A stretch of DNA of 64,000 nucleotides from an uncultured Clostridia bacterium (GTDB lineage Bacteria > Bacillota > Clostridia > TANB77 > CAG-508): positions 936-64,935 of the forward strand of contig CALXCM010000003.1 in the NCBI GenBank assembly GCA_944386785.1, in the 5' to 3' direction. Made by a program: the position numbers and the translations under genes. Of this stretch, positions 1-10,767 are shown piece after piece. Position 1 is the first letter of the stretch. Each line of letters starts with the position of its first letter. Below the pieces are notes generated by a model that did no database searches, had not been told where the DNA came from, and saw nothing but the letters and a program-made list of their open reading frames with translations.

Positions 1-890
1 CATATTTTTTCTACTCCTTCTTCTAAATTGATTTTTATAAGCGCACTACACCCACAAAAAGTATATGAGTTTAAATCTTTAACATTTCCAGGTATTGTTA
101 TTTCTTTTAATGATGTGCAATAATAAAATGCTTCATTTCCTAAATTTTTTAAACTACTTGGAAGATTTATGCTCTTTAGATTGCGACATTCCCTAAATGC
201 TCTAGTTCCTATTTTTTCTAATTTAGAATTTTCTTGAAAAATCACATTTTCTAATGTTCCATTATATGAAAACGCCTCATTTGCTATCTCTGTTACTGAT
301 GATGGTATTATTATTGTTTTTAATCCATCTAATCCTGAAAAAGCTCCATCTCCTATTACTTTTACACTGTCTGGTATTGTTAATGTTCCATCATCATCCA
401 TTAATAACAAGTTTCCATTTGATGATTCTAATGTTCCATCATCTGTTATATCATATGGATTTGCTGCTATTCCTAAACTTTGTGCTACATCAATTTCTGT
501 TTTATCTTTTGTATTTATTAGTAGCTCTCCTTTTATTACTTCAAATTTTTCTAAATCTTCATCAGTTATTGTTGTTAATATATTTTTTATTGTTCCATTT
601 TTATCTTCTTCTTTTTGTGTATTATATGATAAAAAGTTTTTTCCTGCAGTTAGAGATCCATCTAAAAACTCTTTATCTTCCATTCTTTTTGCTTGCTTAT
701 ATAGCTCTAGTTCTTCATTATATTCTGAAAATTTAGTCATTAGTTTTGCTCTATTTGCTTGTGTAAATATTCCATTTTCTCCTGTTAATGTTGAGATAGT
801 TATTCCCGCTAATATCAAAAGAACTACGATTGTTATCACTAACGCAATTAAAGTTATTCCTTTATTCTTTTTTAATGATTCATTTAACAT
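1..890 (-). CDS. Pilin-like N-terminus fused to BspA-type leucine-rich-repeat surface protein (3' end outside window)
   Basis: Not in the ORF track because it runs off the window. ATG at 890 lies 10 nt after AGGAGG (901-906). Hand translation gives MLNESLKKNKGITLIALVITIVVLLILAGITISTLTGENGIFTQANRAK. Repeats follow of the type IPDSVKVIGDGAFSG, IPSSVTEIANEAFS, LPSSLKNLGNEAFYYC and IPGNVKDLNSYTFCGC. The frame stays open to position 1. Confidence 0.6.
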   Translation of the reverse strand, partial: MLNESLKKNKGITLIALVITIVVLLILAGITISTLTGENGIFTQANRAKLMTKFSEYNEELELYKQAKRMEDKEFLDGSLTAGKNFLSYNTQKEEDKNGTIKNILTTITDEDLEKFEVIKGELLINTKDKTEIDVAQSLGIAANPYDITDDGTLESSNGNLLLMDDDGTLTIPDSVKVIGDGAFSGLDGLKTIIIPSSVTEIANEAFSYNGTLENVIFQENSKLEKIGTRAFRECRNLKSINLPSSLKNLGNEAFYYCTSLKEITIPGNVKDLNSYTFCGCSALIKINLEEGVEKI

Positions 891-927
891 TTTCCCTTTC
901 CTCCTAATTTATATATTATTTTTTCAA

Positions 928-980
928 GCATAAAAAGATAGCAATAAAATCTAAAACTTGTTTAGATTATCGCTATCTTT
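928..980 (-). terminator. Intrinsic terminator after the DUF5665 gene
   Basis: A roughly 20 bp imperfect inverted repeat (aaagatagcaataaaatctaaa / tttagattatcgctatcttt) is followed by a T-run on the minus strand. Confidence 0.5.
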
Positions 981-1029
981 ATTTATTATATTTGATTTTA
1001 TTTCTATTTTTTTATTTACTAAACATATA

Positions 1030-1055
1030 GTGTGTGTGTGTGTGTGTGTGTGTGT
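1030..1055. repeat. (GT)13 dinucleotide microsatellite
   Basis: A perfect gtgtgt... run of 26 nt. It is intergenic, lying between the DUF5665 stop and the terminator hairpin. Confidence 0.95.
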
Positions 1056-1180
1056 ACAGCCTCAAGGCTTATAGCTTTTATTTCTTTCATATTTTCTCCT
1101 CTTTTGTTTTATATTACTTTGCATTTATTTTACTTTGTCATGATATCTTATTTTTTATTTTTTGTCAAGTTTACTATCTC

Positions 1181-1471
1181 TTACCTACTTCTTTCTACTA
1201 TATCTACTATATCTGCTATATATTCTCCTATTATTGGGATATTTAGTGTTACTATTTTTTGCAAAAGTATTATTAATATTGCTGTTATTAATGTAACTCC
1301 AATGCCTATTCCTATTCCTCTAAATATTCCTGCTATTAGGTTTCTTATCATTATTTCTTTTTTATTTCCTAAAAGATATGTTAGTTCTAAATAGTTTCCT
1401 TCTTGTAACATATTATTTAATTTATTTATCGCTTTTTCTAACAAATTAATTTTTTTATTTTTAATCCACAT
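1181..1471 (-). CDS. DUF5665-like small membrane protein
   Basis: 96 aa ORF. It contains the RGIGIGIGVTLITAIL and NIPIIGEYIADIV motifs recalled from DUF5665. Confidence 0.5.
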   Translation of the reverse strand: MWIKNKKINLLEKAINKLNNMLQEGNYLELTYLLGNKKEIMIRNLIAGIFRGIGIGIGVTLITAILIILLQKIVTLNIPIIGEYIADIVDIVERSR

Positions 1472-1545
1472 AAAAAATCCACCTATTGTTATGGTGGATT
1501 TTTTGTTCTATTTTTATTCACTTTAAAGTTTTATTTTTCTTTATT

Positions 1546-4491
1546 TTATTGACCTTGTGAATTTGTTATATTATTAATACTATTGATACTATTAACAGAA
1601 TTATTAGTATTATTACTTTCATTGATAATATTTGTAGCATTTTCTTCTTGCATTTCTTTAGTTCCTTTTGCTTCTAATTCTTCTTGTTTTTTATCTTCTT
1701 CTTCTTTTGCAGTTTCTAATGATGTTATTAAATCTTGCAATCTTTGTATATCGCTTCCCATCATTTCCCAATCTTTATTATTGCTTGATTCTGTCAAGTT
1801 TTGATTTGCTTTTATTATTGCATCTATTAAACCATCTATATCTTCTGTGTTTTCAACTTCGATATCTACTGCATTTTGTGATAATAAATTGTTTAAAGCT
1901 GTTTGGAAGTTATCTCCTATTGCTACTTTACTTCCTGATGCAACTATTACTTTTCTTAAAATTGGTACTTCTGATTCGTTAAGCATTGTTTGATAAATTG
2001 GTTCTACATAAAGAAGTGTATTGTTTATTGGAACGATTATCATTTCTTTTGTTAATTTTGTTCCTGTTGTACTTAATGCATTTAATTCTCCTGCTATTGC
2101 TTCATCTTGTTCTATTTGATTATCTAACTGCATTGGTCCTACAATATTACTATCTTCTGAGAATTTGTATAAGCTTAATTTATTTGTTCCTCCACTTGTT
2201 GTTCCTACTAAATATGAAATTATATTTTGTCTCTTATCTGGAGTATATATTTGAACTAGTCCAAATTCTGAATTATTATCATTTGTTTTTACCATTGTGT
2301 AATATGGTGTCATTTCTGTTCCTGTAGTTCTTGTTGATGTTGATCTTGTAGTATTAAAATCTGCTACATCCCATACATCATCTGCTCTATATAATATGTC
2401 TGGTTTTACATTATGATATAGTTTTAATACTTCTGCTTGTACATTGTATAAGAATTCTGGATATTTGAAATGACTTGATATATCTTCTGGAATTTCGGCA
2501 TCTAAATCCATAAATAAGTCTTTATAGATGTTTCTATATGTCATTGCTATTGGATCTGTTCTATCTGTTATATAAAATGACATTGTTCCATCATAGCTAT
2601 CTACTATAACTTTTACAGAATTTCTTATATAGTTTATGTCTTCTGAAATATTATCATGTTCAATTTTTGTATATTGTGAATATGGATAACAATTAGATAC
2701 AGTATAAGCATCTATTACCCAAACTATTCTTCCATCATCTGTTATTACTGTATATGGATTTTCGTCATATATTAGATATGGAAGTGCTTTTTTTACTCTT
2801 GTTATTATTTGTCTATTTAAAAGTATTTTACTATCATCTGTTATTTCACTTGAAAAAGCTAGATTTAAGTCACCTTTTGTAATTCCAAGTATTAGTCTAT
2901 CTAAAAAGTTTAGTTTTAATCCTGCTTTTCCTTCATATGTTGATGTATAGTCTGTCCCATTTTCGTCTGTATAATCATATTCTTGTTTACTTTTTGCATT
3001 TGTTGCAACTATATCATTTGTTTCTAATCCAAAATATATTTCTGGTCTTTCGATATTTACTTTTTCATCTTTTCCTGATACATCTTTTTGGATATATGAT
3101 ATATTTCCTGATTCTGTACTATTTGATGCTGATGCAATTACTTCTCCCATTCCATGTGTATATTCATATGTTTTATTATTATATGTTCTTCCTGAACTTG
3201 TAATTTCTCTTGGTGCTAAATATACTAAAGTATCTTTTCCATCTATTTCGTATTTTGCAAGTTCTGCACTTCTATATGAATAATACCCTGTTCCTGTTTG
3301 TTCATTTTCAAGTGATGTTAGTACTACATTTTGACTAATTGTTGGTATGTTATTTATTACATCTCTATTATTATTTACTTCTTCTCTTGTTATTGTTCCT
3401 GTTGATTCTACATTTGATTCTTCTATATTTAAATTATATGCATTTTTAGTATTTCTTATATTTTCTTCTAAATATGCTTTTTCTTTATCTAATTCGTTAG
3501 AATTTACAAATATTAAGTCAAATCCAATCATTACAACGAACAAGACTACTAGATATCCTGGTATTACAAGTAAATTTTTTAGTACTTTATTTGTTTTACC
3601 TTCTTTAAAATATTTAATTGCTCTATATGCAAATATTACTATTACAAATGCAAATATTATATAGCCCCATAGTTTTATTGTGCTTTCTGTTAAACCTGCT
3701 CCCACTATATCTATATCTTCATTTACTGTTAAGATTTTTCCAAACATTATACTTTGCACATTTAAAATTGTAATTAATGCTATTCCCACAACTATTAGCA
3801 AGATATTTCTTGTTAATTTTTTCATAAATAAACTTTCTTTTAACATTTTACCATCTATTCCGTCAAAATACATATTAAATACTATTACATAGTATAATGC
3901 CATATATAGTGATAAGCTTACAAATAGGAAAATGAAATACATAACTATTGTTTCTAATACTGGTTTTTGGAAGATATAATATGAAATATCTAAACCAAAT
4001 ATTGGGTCTGTCATTCCATATGACGCACTATTTATTGCCATCATTATTTTTTGCATAAATACTGATGAAATTACTATACTTGCTATTGCTGCAATTACTA
4101 AAGCTAATGATTTATTTAAAAGCTTTGGCATTTTTTTGTTTTCTTTGTCGAAAAATGGTTTTATTCCCTTTTTTATTCCTCTATTTGTAAAATATATAAC
4201 AATATATAAAAATACAAAATTTATTGCCATTATTCCATATTTATAAAATATATTTGTATAGAATATACTTGTATATTGTGTGCCTAGTTCTACATATTCT
4301 AAATAGCTTCCTCTTAGTTGAACATAACTAATTAATGCAAATATTAGTAAAAATATTATTACTAATATCATTCTTAGCTTACTGTTTTTCTCTTTCTTTT
4401 TTCTTGTGTCTTTAGTATTTGCTGTATCCATGATAGTTTCTTGTTTTACTTCAGGTCCTTTATTTTCTTGGTTTTTTGCTTGTTCTTCCAC
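1546..4491 (-). CDS. UPF0182 family large membrane protein
   Basis: 981 aa with a multi-TM N-terminal third and a large extracytoplasmic domain, matching the UPF0182 architecture. The C-terminal tail is rich in Asn, Ser and Glu. Confidence 0.65.
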   Translation of the reverse strand: MEEQAKNQENKGPEVKQETIMDTANTKDTRKKKEKNSKLRMILVIIFLLIFALISYVQLRGSYLEYVELGTQYTSIFYTNIFYKYGIMAINFVFLYIVIYFTNRGIKKGIKPFFDKENKKMPKLLNKSLALVIAAIASIVISSVFMQKIMMAINSASYGMTDPIFGLDISYYIFQKPVLETIVMYFIFLFVSLSLYMALYYVIVFNMYFDGIDGKMLKESLFMKKLTRNILLIVVGIALITILNVQSIMFGKILTVNEDIDIVGAGLTESTIKLWGYIIFAFVIVIFAYRAIKYFKEGKTNKVLKNLLVIPGYLVVLFVVMIGFDLIFVNSNELDKEKAYLEENIRNTKNAYNLNIEESNVESTGTITREEVNNNRDVINNIPTISQNVVLTSLENEQTGTGYYSYRSAELAKYEIDGKDTLVYLAPREITSSGRTYNNKTYEYTHGMGEVIASASNSTESGNISYIQKDVSGKDEKVNIERPEIYFGLETNDIVATNAKSKQEYDYTDENGTDYTSTYEGKAGLKLNFLDRLILGITKGDLNLAFSSEITDDSKILLNRQIITRVKKALPYLIYDENPYTVITDDGRIVWVIDAYTVSNCYPYSQYTKIEHDNISEDINYIRNSVKVIVDSYDGTMSFYITDRTDPIAMTYRNIYKDLFMDLDAEIPEDISSHFKYPEFLYNVQAEVLKLYHNVKPDILYRADDVWDVADFNTTRSTSTRTTGTEMTPYYTMVKTNDNNSEFGLVQIYTPDKRQNIISYLVGTTSGGTNKLSLYKFSEDSNIVGPMQLDNQIEQDEAIAGELNALSTTGTKLTKEMIIVPINNTLLYVEPIYQTMLNESEVPILRKVIVASGSKVAIGDNFQTALNNLLSQNAVDIEVENTEDIDGLIDAIIKANQNLTESSNNKDWEMMGSDIQRLQDLITSLETAKEEEDKKQEELEAKGTKEMQEENATNIINESNNTNNSVNSINSINNITNSQGQ

Positions 4492-4516
4492 AATATATAA
4501 CCTCCTTGTTTATAAT

Positions 4517-5432
4517 CTATATTATTGCTTTAACAAAGTCACTTGAATTAAATACTTCCATATCGTCTATTTGTTCTCCAATGCCTATAAATTTTACTGG
4601 AATTTTATTTTCTTCTACTATTCCTATTACTACTCCACCTTTTGCTGTTCCATCAAGTTTTGTAAGTACTAGTCCTGTAATATCTGCTTCTTCTTTAAAG
4701 GCTTTTACTTGTGATATTGCATTTTGCCCTGTTGTTCCATCAATTACTAGTAAAACTTCTTTATCACAATCAGACATTTCTTTATTTATTACTTTTTGTA
4801 TTTTATTTAATTCATCCATTAAGTATTTTTTATTATGAAGTCTACCGAGCAGTATCTACTATTAATACATCTGCATTTTTTTCTCTTGTTATTTTTATTG
4901 CATCATATACAACAGATGCTGGGTCTACTCCTTCTTCTTTTTTTACTATGTCTGCTTTAGCTCTTTTTGCCCAGATTTCTAATTGTTCTACAGCTGCTGC
5001 TCTAAATGTATCTGCTGCTGCAACAACAACCTTTTTTCCATCTTTTGCAAGTCTATTTGCAATTTTTCCAATTGATGTTGTTTTTCCTACTCCATTTACT
5101 CCTACAACTAAAATTACAGATGGTTTTGTATTTAAATGAAGATTTATATCTGTTACATCTAAGATTTTTTTCATTTCTTCTCTTAAGGCTTTTTTTACTT
5201 CTTCTTCATCTTTTATTTTTTCTTTTTTTATTCTTGTCCTTAAATTTCCTATTATTTTAATAGATGTATCCATACCTATATCTGACATAATTAATATTTC
5301 TTCTAATTCATCTAAAAAGTCTTCATCTACTACTTTAAAGCTTTTAAATACATTACTTATTTTTTCGTCAAATGAATTTTTTGTTTTATTCATTCCTTGT
5401 TTTAATTTCTCAAAAAATCCCAAATTTTGCAC
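4517..5432 (-). CDS. ftsY: Signal recognition particle receptor FtsY (needs +1 recoding at CGG 4845-4847)
   Basis: ORFs 4842..5432 and 4517..4819 join. The P-loop is GVNGVGKTT. The junction reads LIVDTA|GRLHNK, which is the canonical DTAGR G3 motif. The joined protein is 304 aa. Confidence 0.9.
4844..4847 (-). other. ftsY: In-frame CGG +1 recoding site (GCT CGG T; Ala then Gly GGT)
   Basis: The 0 frame hits TAG immediately. The +1 frame gives GRLHNK. Confidence 0.8.
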
Positions 5433-5494
5433 TTCCTTTCTTCAGCCCTTTTATTCATGGGATATTATACCATATTTTCTTTTATTTGCATACC

Positions 5495-6208
5495 TTATAT
5501 TCCAATTTTGTTAATATTATAGGCTTCTAATATTTCTTCATAATTTGTAATAAGTCTTGCTCCTTGTTTTATTAAATTATTTGTGCCTATAGAATTTAAT
5601 GAATTTATATTTCCAGGAACAACAAAAACATCTCTTCCTTCTTCTAATGCAAAATCTACTGTAATTAAAGTTCCACTTTTCTTTTTTGCTTCTATAACTA
5701 CTACTCCACTACTTAATCCACTAATAATTCTATTTCTTTGTGGGAAATGGTATTTTTCTGGTTTTGTTCCTAAAGGATATTCTGAAATAACTGCTCCACC
5801 TGTTTTTATTATTTTTTCTTCTAAATATTTATTTTCTTTTGGATACACAATATCTAAACCAGTTCCTACTACTGCTATTGTCCCCTCTGTGGATAAGTTA
5901 TCCACGTTTTCTTTAGTTTTGTCTAGTTTTCCACATATTGCTCCTATATGAGCAAAACTATCTACTCCTTTTGCTAGCCCACTTACTATATTTACATTAT
6001 TTTTTGATAACCAATATGCAAAATATTTTGCAGCTTTTTTGCCATATTCTGTTGCTTCTCTACATCCTACAATCGAAATATTAAAATTGTTTAATATTTT
6101 ATAGTTCCCTTTTACATAAATTACTTTTGGTGGATTATATATATTTCTCAAATTTTTTGGATAATATTTATCATTTATTGTGATTTTTCTAATTTCATTT
6201 TCTTTCAT
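5495..6208 (-). CDS. dprA: DNA-processing protein DprA (short form)
   Basis: Contains SGLAKGVDSFAH, GTGLDIVYPKEN and FPQRNRIISGLS, which are Rossmann-fold DprA signatures. Confidence 0.8.
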   Translation of the reverse strand: MKENEIRKITINDKYYPKNLRNIYNPPKVIYVKGNYKILNNFNISIVGCREATEYGKKAAKYFAYWLSKNNVNIVSGLAKGVDSFAHIGAICGKLDKTKENVDNLSTEGTIAVVGTGLDIVYPKENKYLEEKIIKTGGAVISEYPLGTKPEKYHFPQRNRIISGLSSGVVVIEAKKKSGTLITVDFALEEGRDVFVVPGNINSLNSIGTNNLIKQGARLITNYEEILEAYNINKIGI

Positions 6209-6296
6209 TTTGCCTCATTTCTGTTGCCCCTTTAAGATTAAATAAAAGGCATAATAAAAGGTTTTAAACCTTTATTTATGCCCCTTAAATTTTTAT

Positions 6297-7148
6297 TTAA
6301 ATTTCATTTTGTTCTTTTGTAGCTTTTATTACATTATTCATAAGCATTGCAATTGTCATTGGCCCTACCCCACCTGGTACTGGTGTGATATAACTTGCCT
6401 TTTTTTCTACATTTTCAAAATCAACATCACCTGTTAATTTTCCATCTTTTCCTCTGTTTATTCCAACATCTATTACAACTGCACCTTCTTTTACCATATC
6501 TTCTGTGACAAATTTAGATTTTCCTATTGCTACTATTAAAATATCTGCTCTTTTTGTGTATTCTTTTAAATCTTTTGTTTTTGAATGACAAACAGTTACT
6601 GTTGCATTTTTATTTAAACAACAATGTATTAGTGGTTTTCCTACAATGTTACTTCTTCCCAAAATCACCACACTTTTTCCTGCTAAATCTATATTGTATT
6701 CTTCAAACATTTTTATTACACCTAGTGGCGTACAAGATATAAAAGTATCTTCTCCTATTGTTAACTTTCCTGTACTTACTGGAGTAAATCCATCTACATC
6801 TTTTCTATAGTCAATTTCTTTAAAAGCTTTATTTATATCTAAATGAGAAGGAAGTGGACTTTGCAAAAGTATTCCATTTACTGTTTTATCTTCATTTAAT
6901 TTTTTTATTAAGTTTATTAATTCTTTTTGTTTTGTTTCTTTTGAAAGTAAATATTCTTCATATTCTATTCCTATTTCTTTACATGCTTTGCTTTTATTTT
7001 TTACATATACTTTTGATGCAGGATTATCTCCAACCATTATAACTGCAAGTTTTGGAACAATTTCTTCTTTTTTTAATTTTTCACATTCTATTTTTAAATT
7101 TTCTCTTATTTTTTTTGCTAATTCTTTTCCATCAATTATTACAGCCAT
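6297..7148 (-). CDS. folD: Bifunctional methylene-THF dehydrogenase/cyclohydrolase FolD
   Basis: Contains VGDNPASKVYVKNK, GRSNIVGKP and PGGVGPMT motifs over 283 aa. Confidence 0.9.
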   Translation of the reverse strand: MAVIIDGKELAKKIRENLKIECEKLKKEEIVPKLAVIMVGDNPASKVYVKNKSKACKEIGIEYEEYLLSKETKQKELINLIKKLNEDKTVNGILLQSPLPSHLDINKAFKEIDYRKDVDGFTPVSTGKLTIGEDTFISCTPLGVIKMFEEYNIDLAGKSVVILGRSNIVGKPLIHCCLNKNATVTVCHSKTKDLKEYTKRADILIVAIGKSKFVTEDMVKEGAVVIDVGINRGKDGKLTGDVDFENVEKKASYITPVPGGVGPMTIAMLMNNVIKATKEQNEI

Positions 7149-7166
7149 TTTTATTACCCCTTTATT

Positions 7167-7406
7167 TTATATATCATCTCTTTTATATTCTATATCTTCC
7201 ATATGTGGGAACATTTCTTTTACTCTTTTTAATGTTAGCATAAGCATTTTAGGTTGTGGATTTTTTTTATGGTCTGAAATTAATTTTTGTGTATAGCAAT
7301 TATCAGCTGTTTTAAATAACAAATATCTATTATTTACATATGTGTAATAAATTTGATATCCATTTTTTAAATCTAACCACATTTGCTCAAATGTATAATC
7401 TTCCAT
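7167..7406 (-). CDS. Hypothetical small protein
   Basis: 79 aa ORF packed tightly between ligA and folD. I do not recognise the family. Confidence 0.35.
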   Translation of the reverse strand: MEDYTFEQMWLDLKNGYQIYYTYVNNRYLLFKTADNCYTQKLISDHKKNPQPKMLMLTLKRVKEMFPHMEDIEYKRDDI

Positions 7407-7418
7407 TTTTTTCTCCTT

Positions 7419-9526
<2,108 letters not shown>

Positions 9527-9557
9527 CTATTTCTTTTTACATTTATTTATATTTATT

Positions 9558-10223
9558 TTATTCAGCTCTTGCTAAAATTATCAATCTTGCTGAACTATCG
9601 TCTGTACATGTTGATAATGATACTTCTGGAACTCCTCCTGTATCTCTTTGATAGAATGATGTATCATTTTGAGAAGTTTCAAATTTATCATATATATTAT
9701 ATGTAAGCTCTCTTCCTGATAAATCTCTTATATATATTTTGTCACCTATATTTAGTCTTTTATTATTAGAGAAAAATGCTCCATTTCTGTAGTTATGTCC
9801 AATTATTACAGTATTTCCTGGTTCGTTTACTCCTGCACCACAAAGAAATGCTACTGAAGTTTCAATTGATTTTTTGGTTACTTTATCAAGTATTGGGTAA
9901 CTAAAATCTATTGCTGGAATTTTCATTGTTCCTAAAACTCCGAAGCCTTTATATGTTTTATTTTGTGCACTAACTCCTGTACTTTCAGCATCTTCTAGTC
10001 CTTCTGTTAGGCTTCCTGTTTCTGTATTACCATTATTGTTTGTGTTTGTTGCTTCTCCATCTGAAAATTCACCCTCAAAGTCATCTACGAAGTTACTTGC
10101 ATCTCCTTGTATTACATATTTTTGATAATAATCATATGCTAAAAACCCAAGAAGTCCAATGATTAAAACTATTACAATAACTAGTATTACAGTTAATACT
10201 TTACTATATTTACTCTCAAACAT
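9558..10223 (-). CDS. Sortase family transpeptidase
   Basis: N-terminal TM segment, IIGHN histidine, LSTCT catalytic Cys motif and a C-terminal Arg. The start is probably the ATG at 10223, preceded by GGAGG. Confidence 0.65.
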   Translation of the reverse strand: MFESKYSKVLTVILVIVIVLIIGLLGFLAYDYYQKYVIQGDASNFVDDFEGEFSDGEATNTNNNGNTETGSLTEGLEDAESTGVSAQNKTYKGFGVLGTMKIPAIDFSYPILDKVTKKSIETSVAFLCGAGVNEPGNTVIIGHNYRNGAFFSNNKRLNIGDKIYIRDLSGRELTYNIYDKFETSQNDTSFYQRDTGGVPEVSLSTCTDDSSARLIILARAE

Positions 10224-10341
10224 ATCTTTTACCTCCGTACATTTTTCTATCATGTAATATAATTATACCATAATTAGACTTTTTTTTCAATTTTATTTTT
10301 TCTCTAATTTTTTATGATTGCTTTTTTAGCTTTACTTTATA

Positions 10342-10686
10342 TTATATGATTTTTTCTCCTAAATCTTTACCAGCTAAAATGTGGAAATGTAGATGTTTTA
10401 CTGTTTGACCTGCTTTTTTGCCACAATTATTAATTACTCTAAATCCATCATTGGCAAAACCTTTTTCCTCTGCAATTTTTTTAATTACCATAAAAATTTT
10501 TCCAACTAATTCTTCATCTTCTTTTTCTAGTTTTGCTGCTGATTCAATATGTTTTTTAGGTACTACTAAAATATGAATTGGAGCTTGTGGATTAATATCT
10601 GAAAATGCAAAAACATCGTCATCTTCATAAACCTTATTTGAAGGAATTTCTCCTTTAATTATTTTACAAAATAAACAATCTTCCAT
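10342..10686 (-). CDS. HIT family (histidine triad) protein
   Basis: Contains the HLHFHILAG triad in a 114 aa protein. Confidence 0.85.
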   Translation of the reverse strand: MEDCLFCKIIKGEIPSNKVYEDDDVFAFSDINPQAPIHILVVPKKHIESAAKLEKEDEELVGKIFMVIKKIAEEKGFANDGFRVINNCGKKAGQTVKHLHFHILAGKDLGEKII

Positions 10687-10711
10687 TTTTATACCTCCTT
10701 ATACCTTATGG

Positions 10712-10764
10712 CCAATTAGGAACAGGTCCAAATGGACATTTTTGTCCAGGTTTAGGACACATCC
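10712..10764 (+). repeat. GGGGAC-family intergenic repeat, type M3
   Basis: ccaattaggaacaggtccaaatggacatttttgtcc... closely matches 47859-47911 by eye, and matches the reverse complement of 24085-24140. Confidence 0.8.
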
Positions 10765-10767
10765 TAT

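Noticed and set aside
254-736. A plus-strand 160-aa ORF. Many similar Leu/Phe/Ile-rich ORFs lie antisense to real genes, for example 1668..1982, 5006..5260, 13010..13333, 17775..17963, 35747..35953, 44350..44676, 48180..48404 and 59563..59835.
   Set aside because: These are low-complexity L/F/I/Y-rich translations typical of the antisense strand of AT-rich coding DNA. They have no RBS, and each overlaps a well-supported gene on the other strand.
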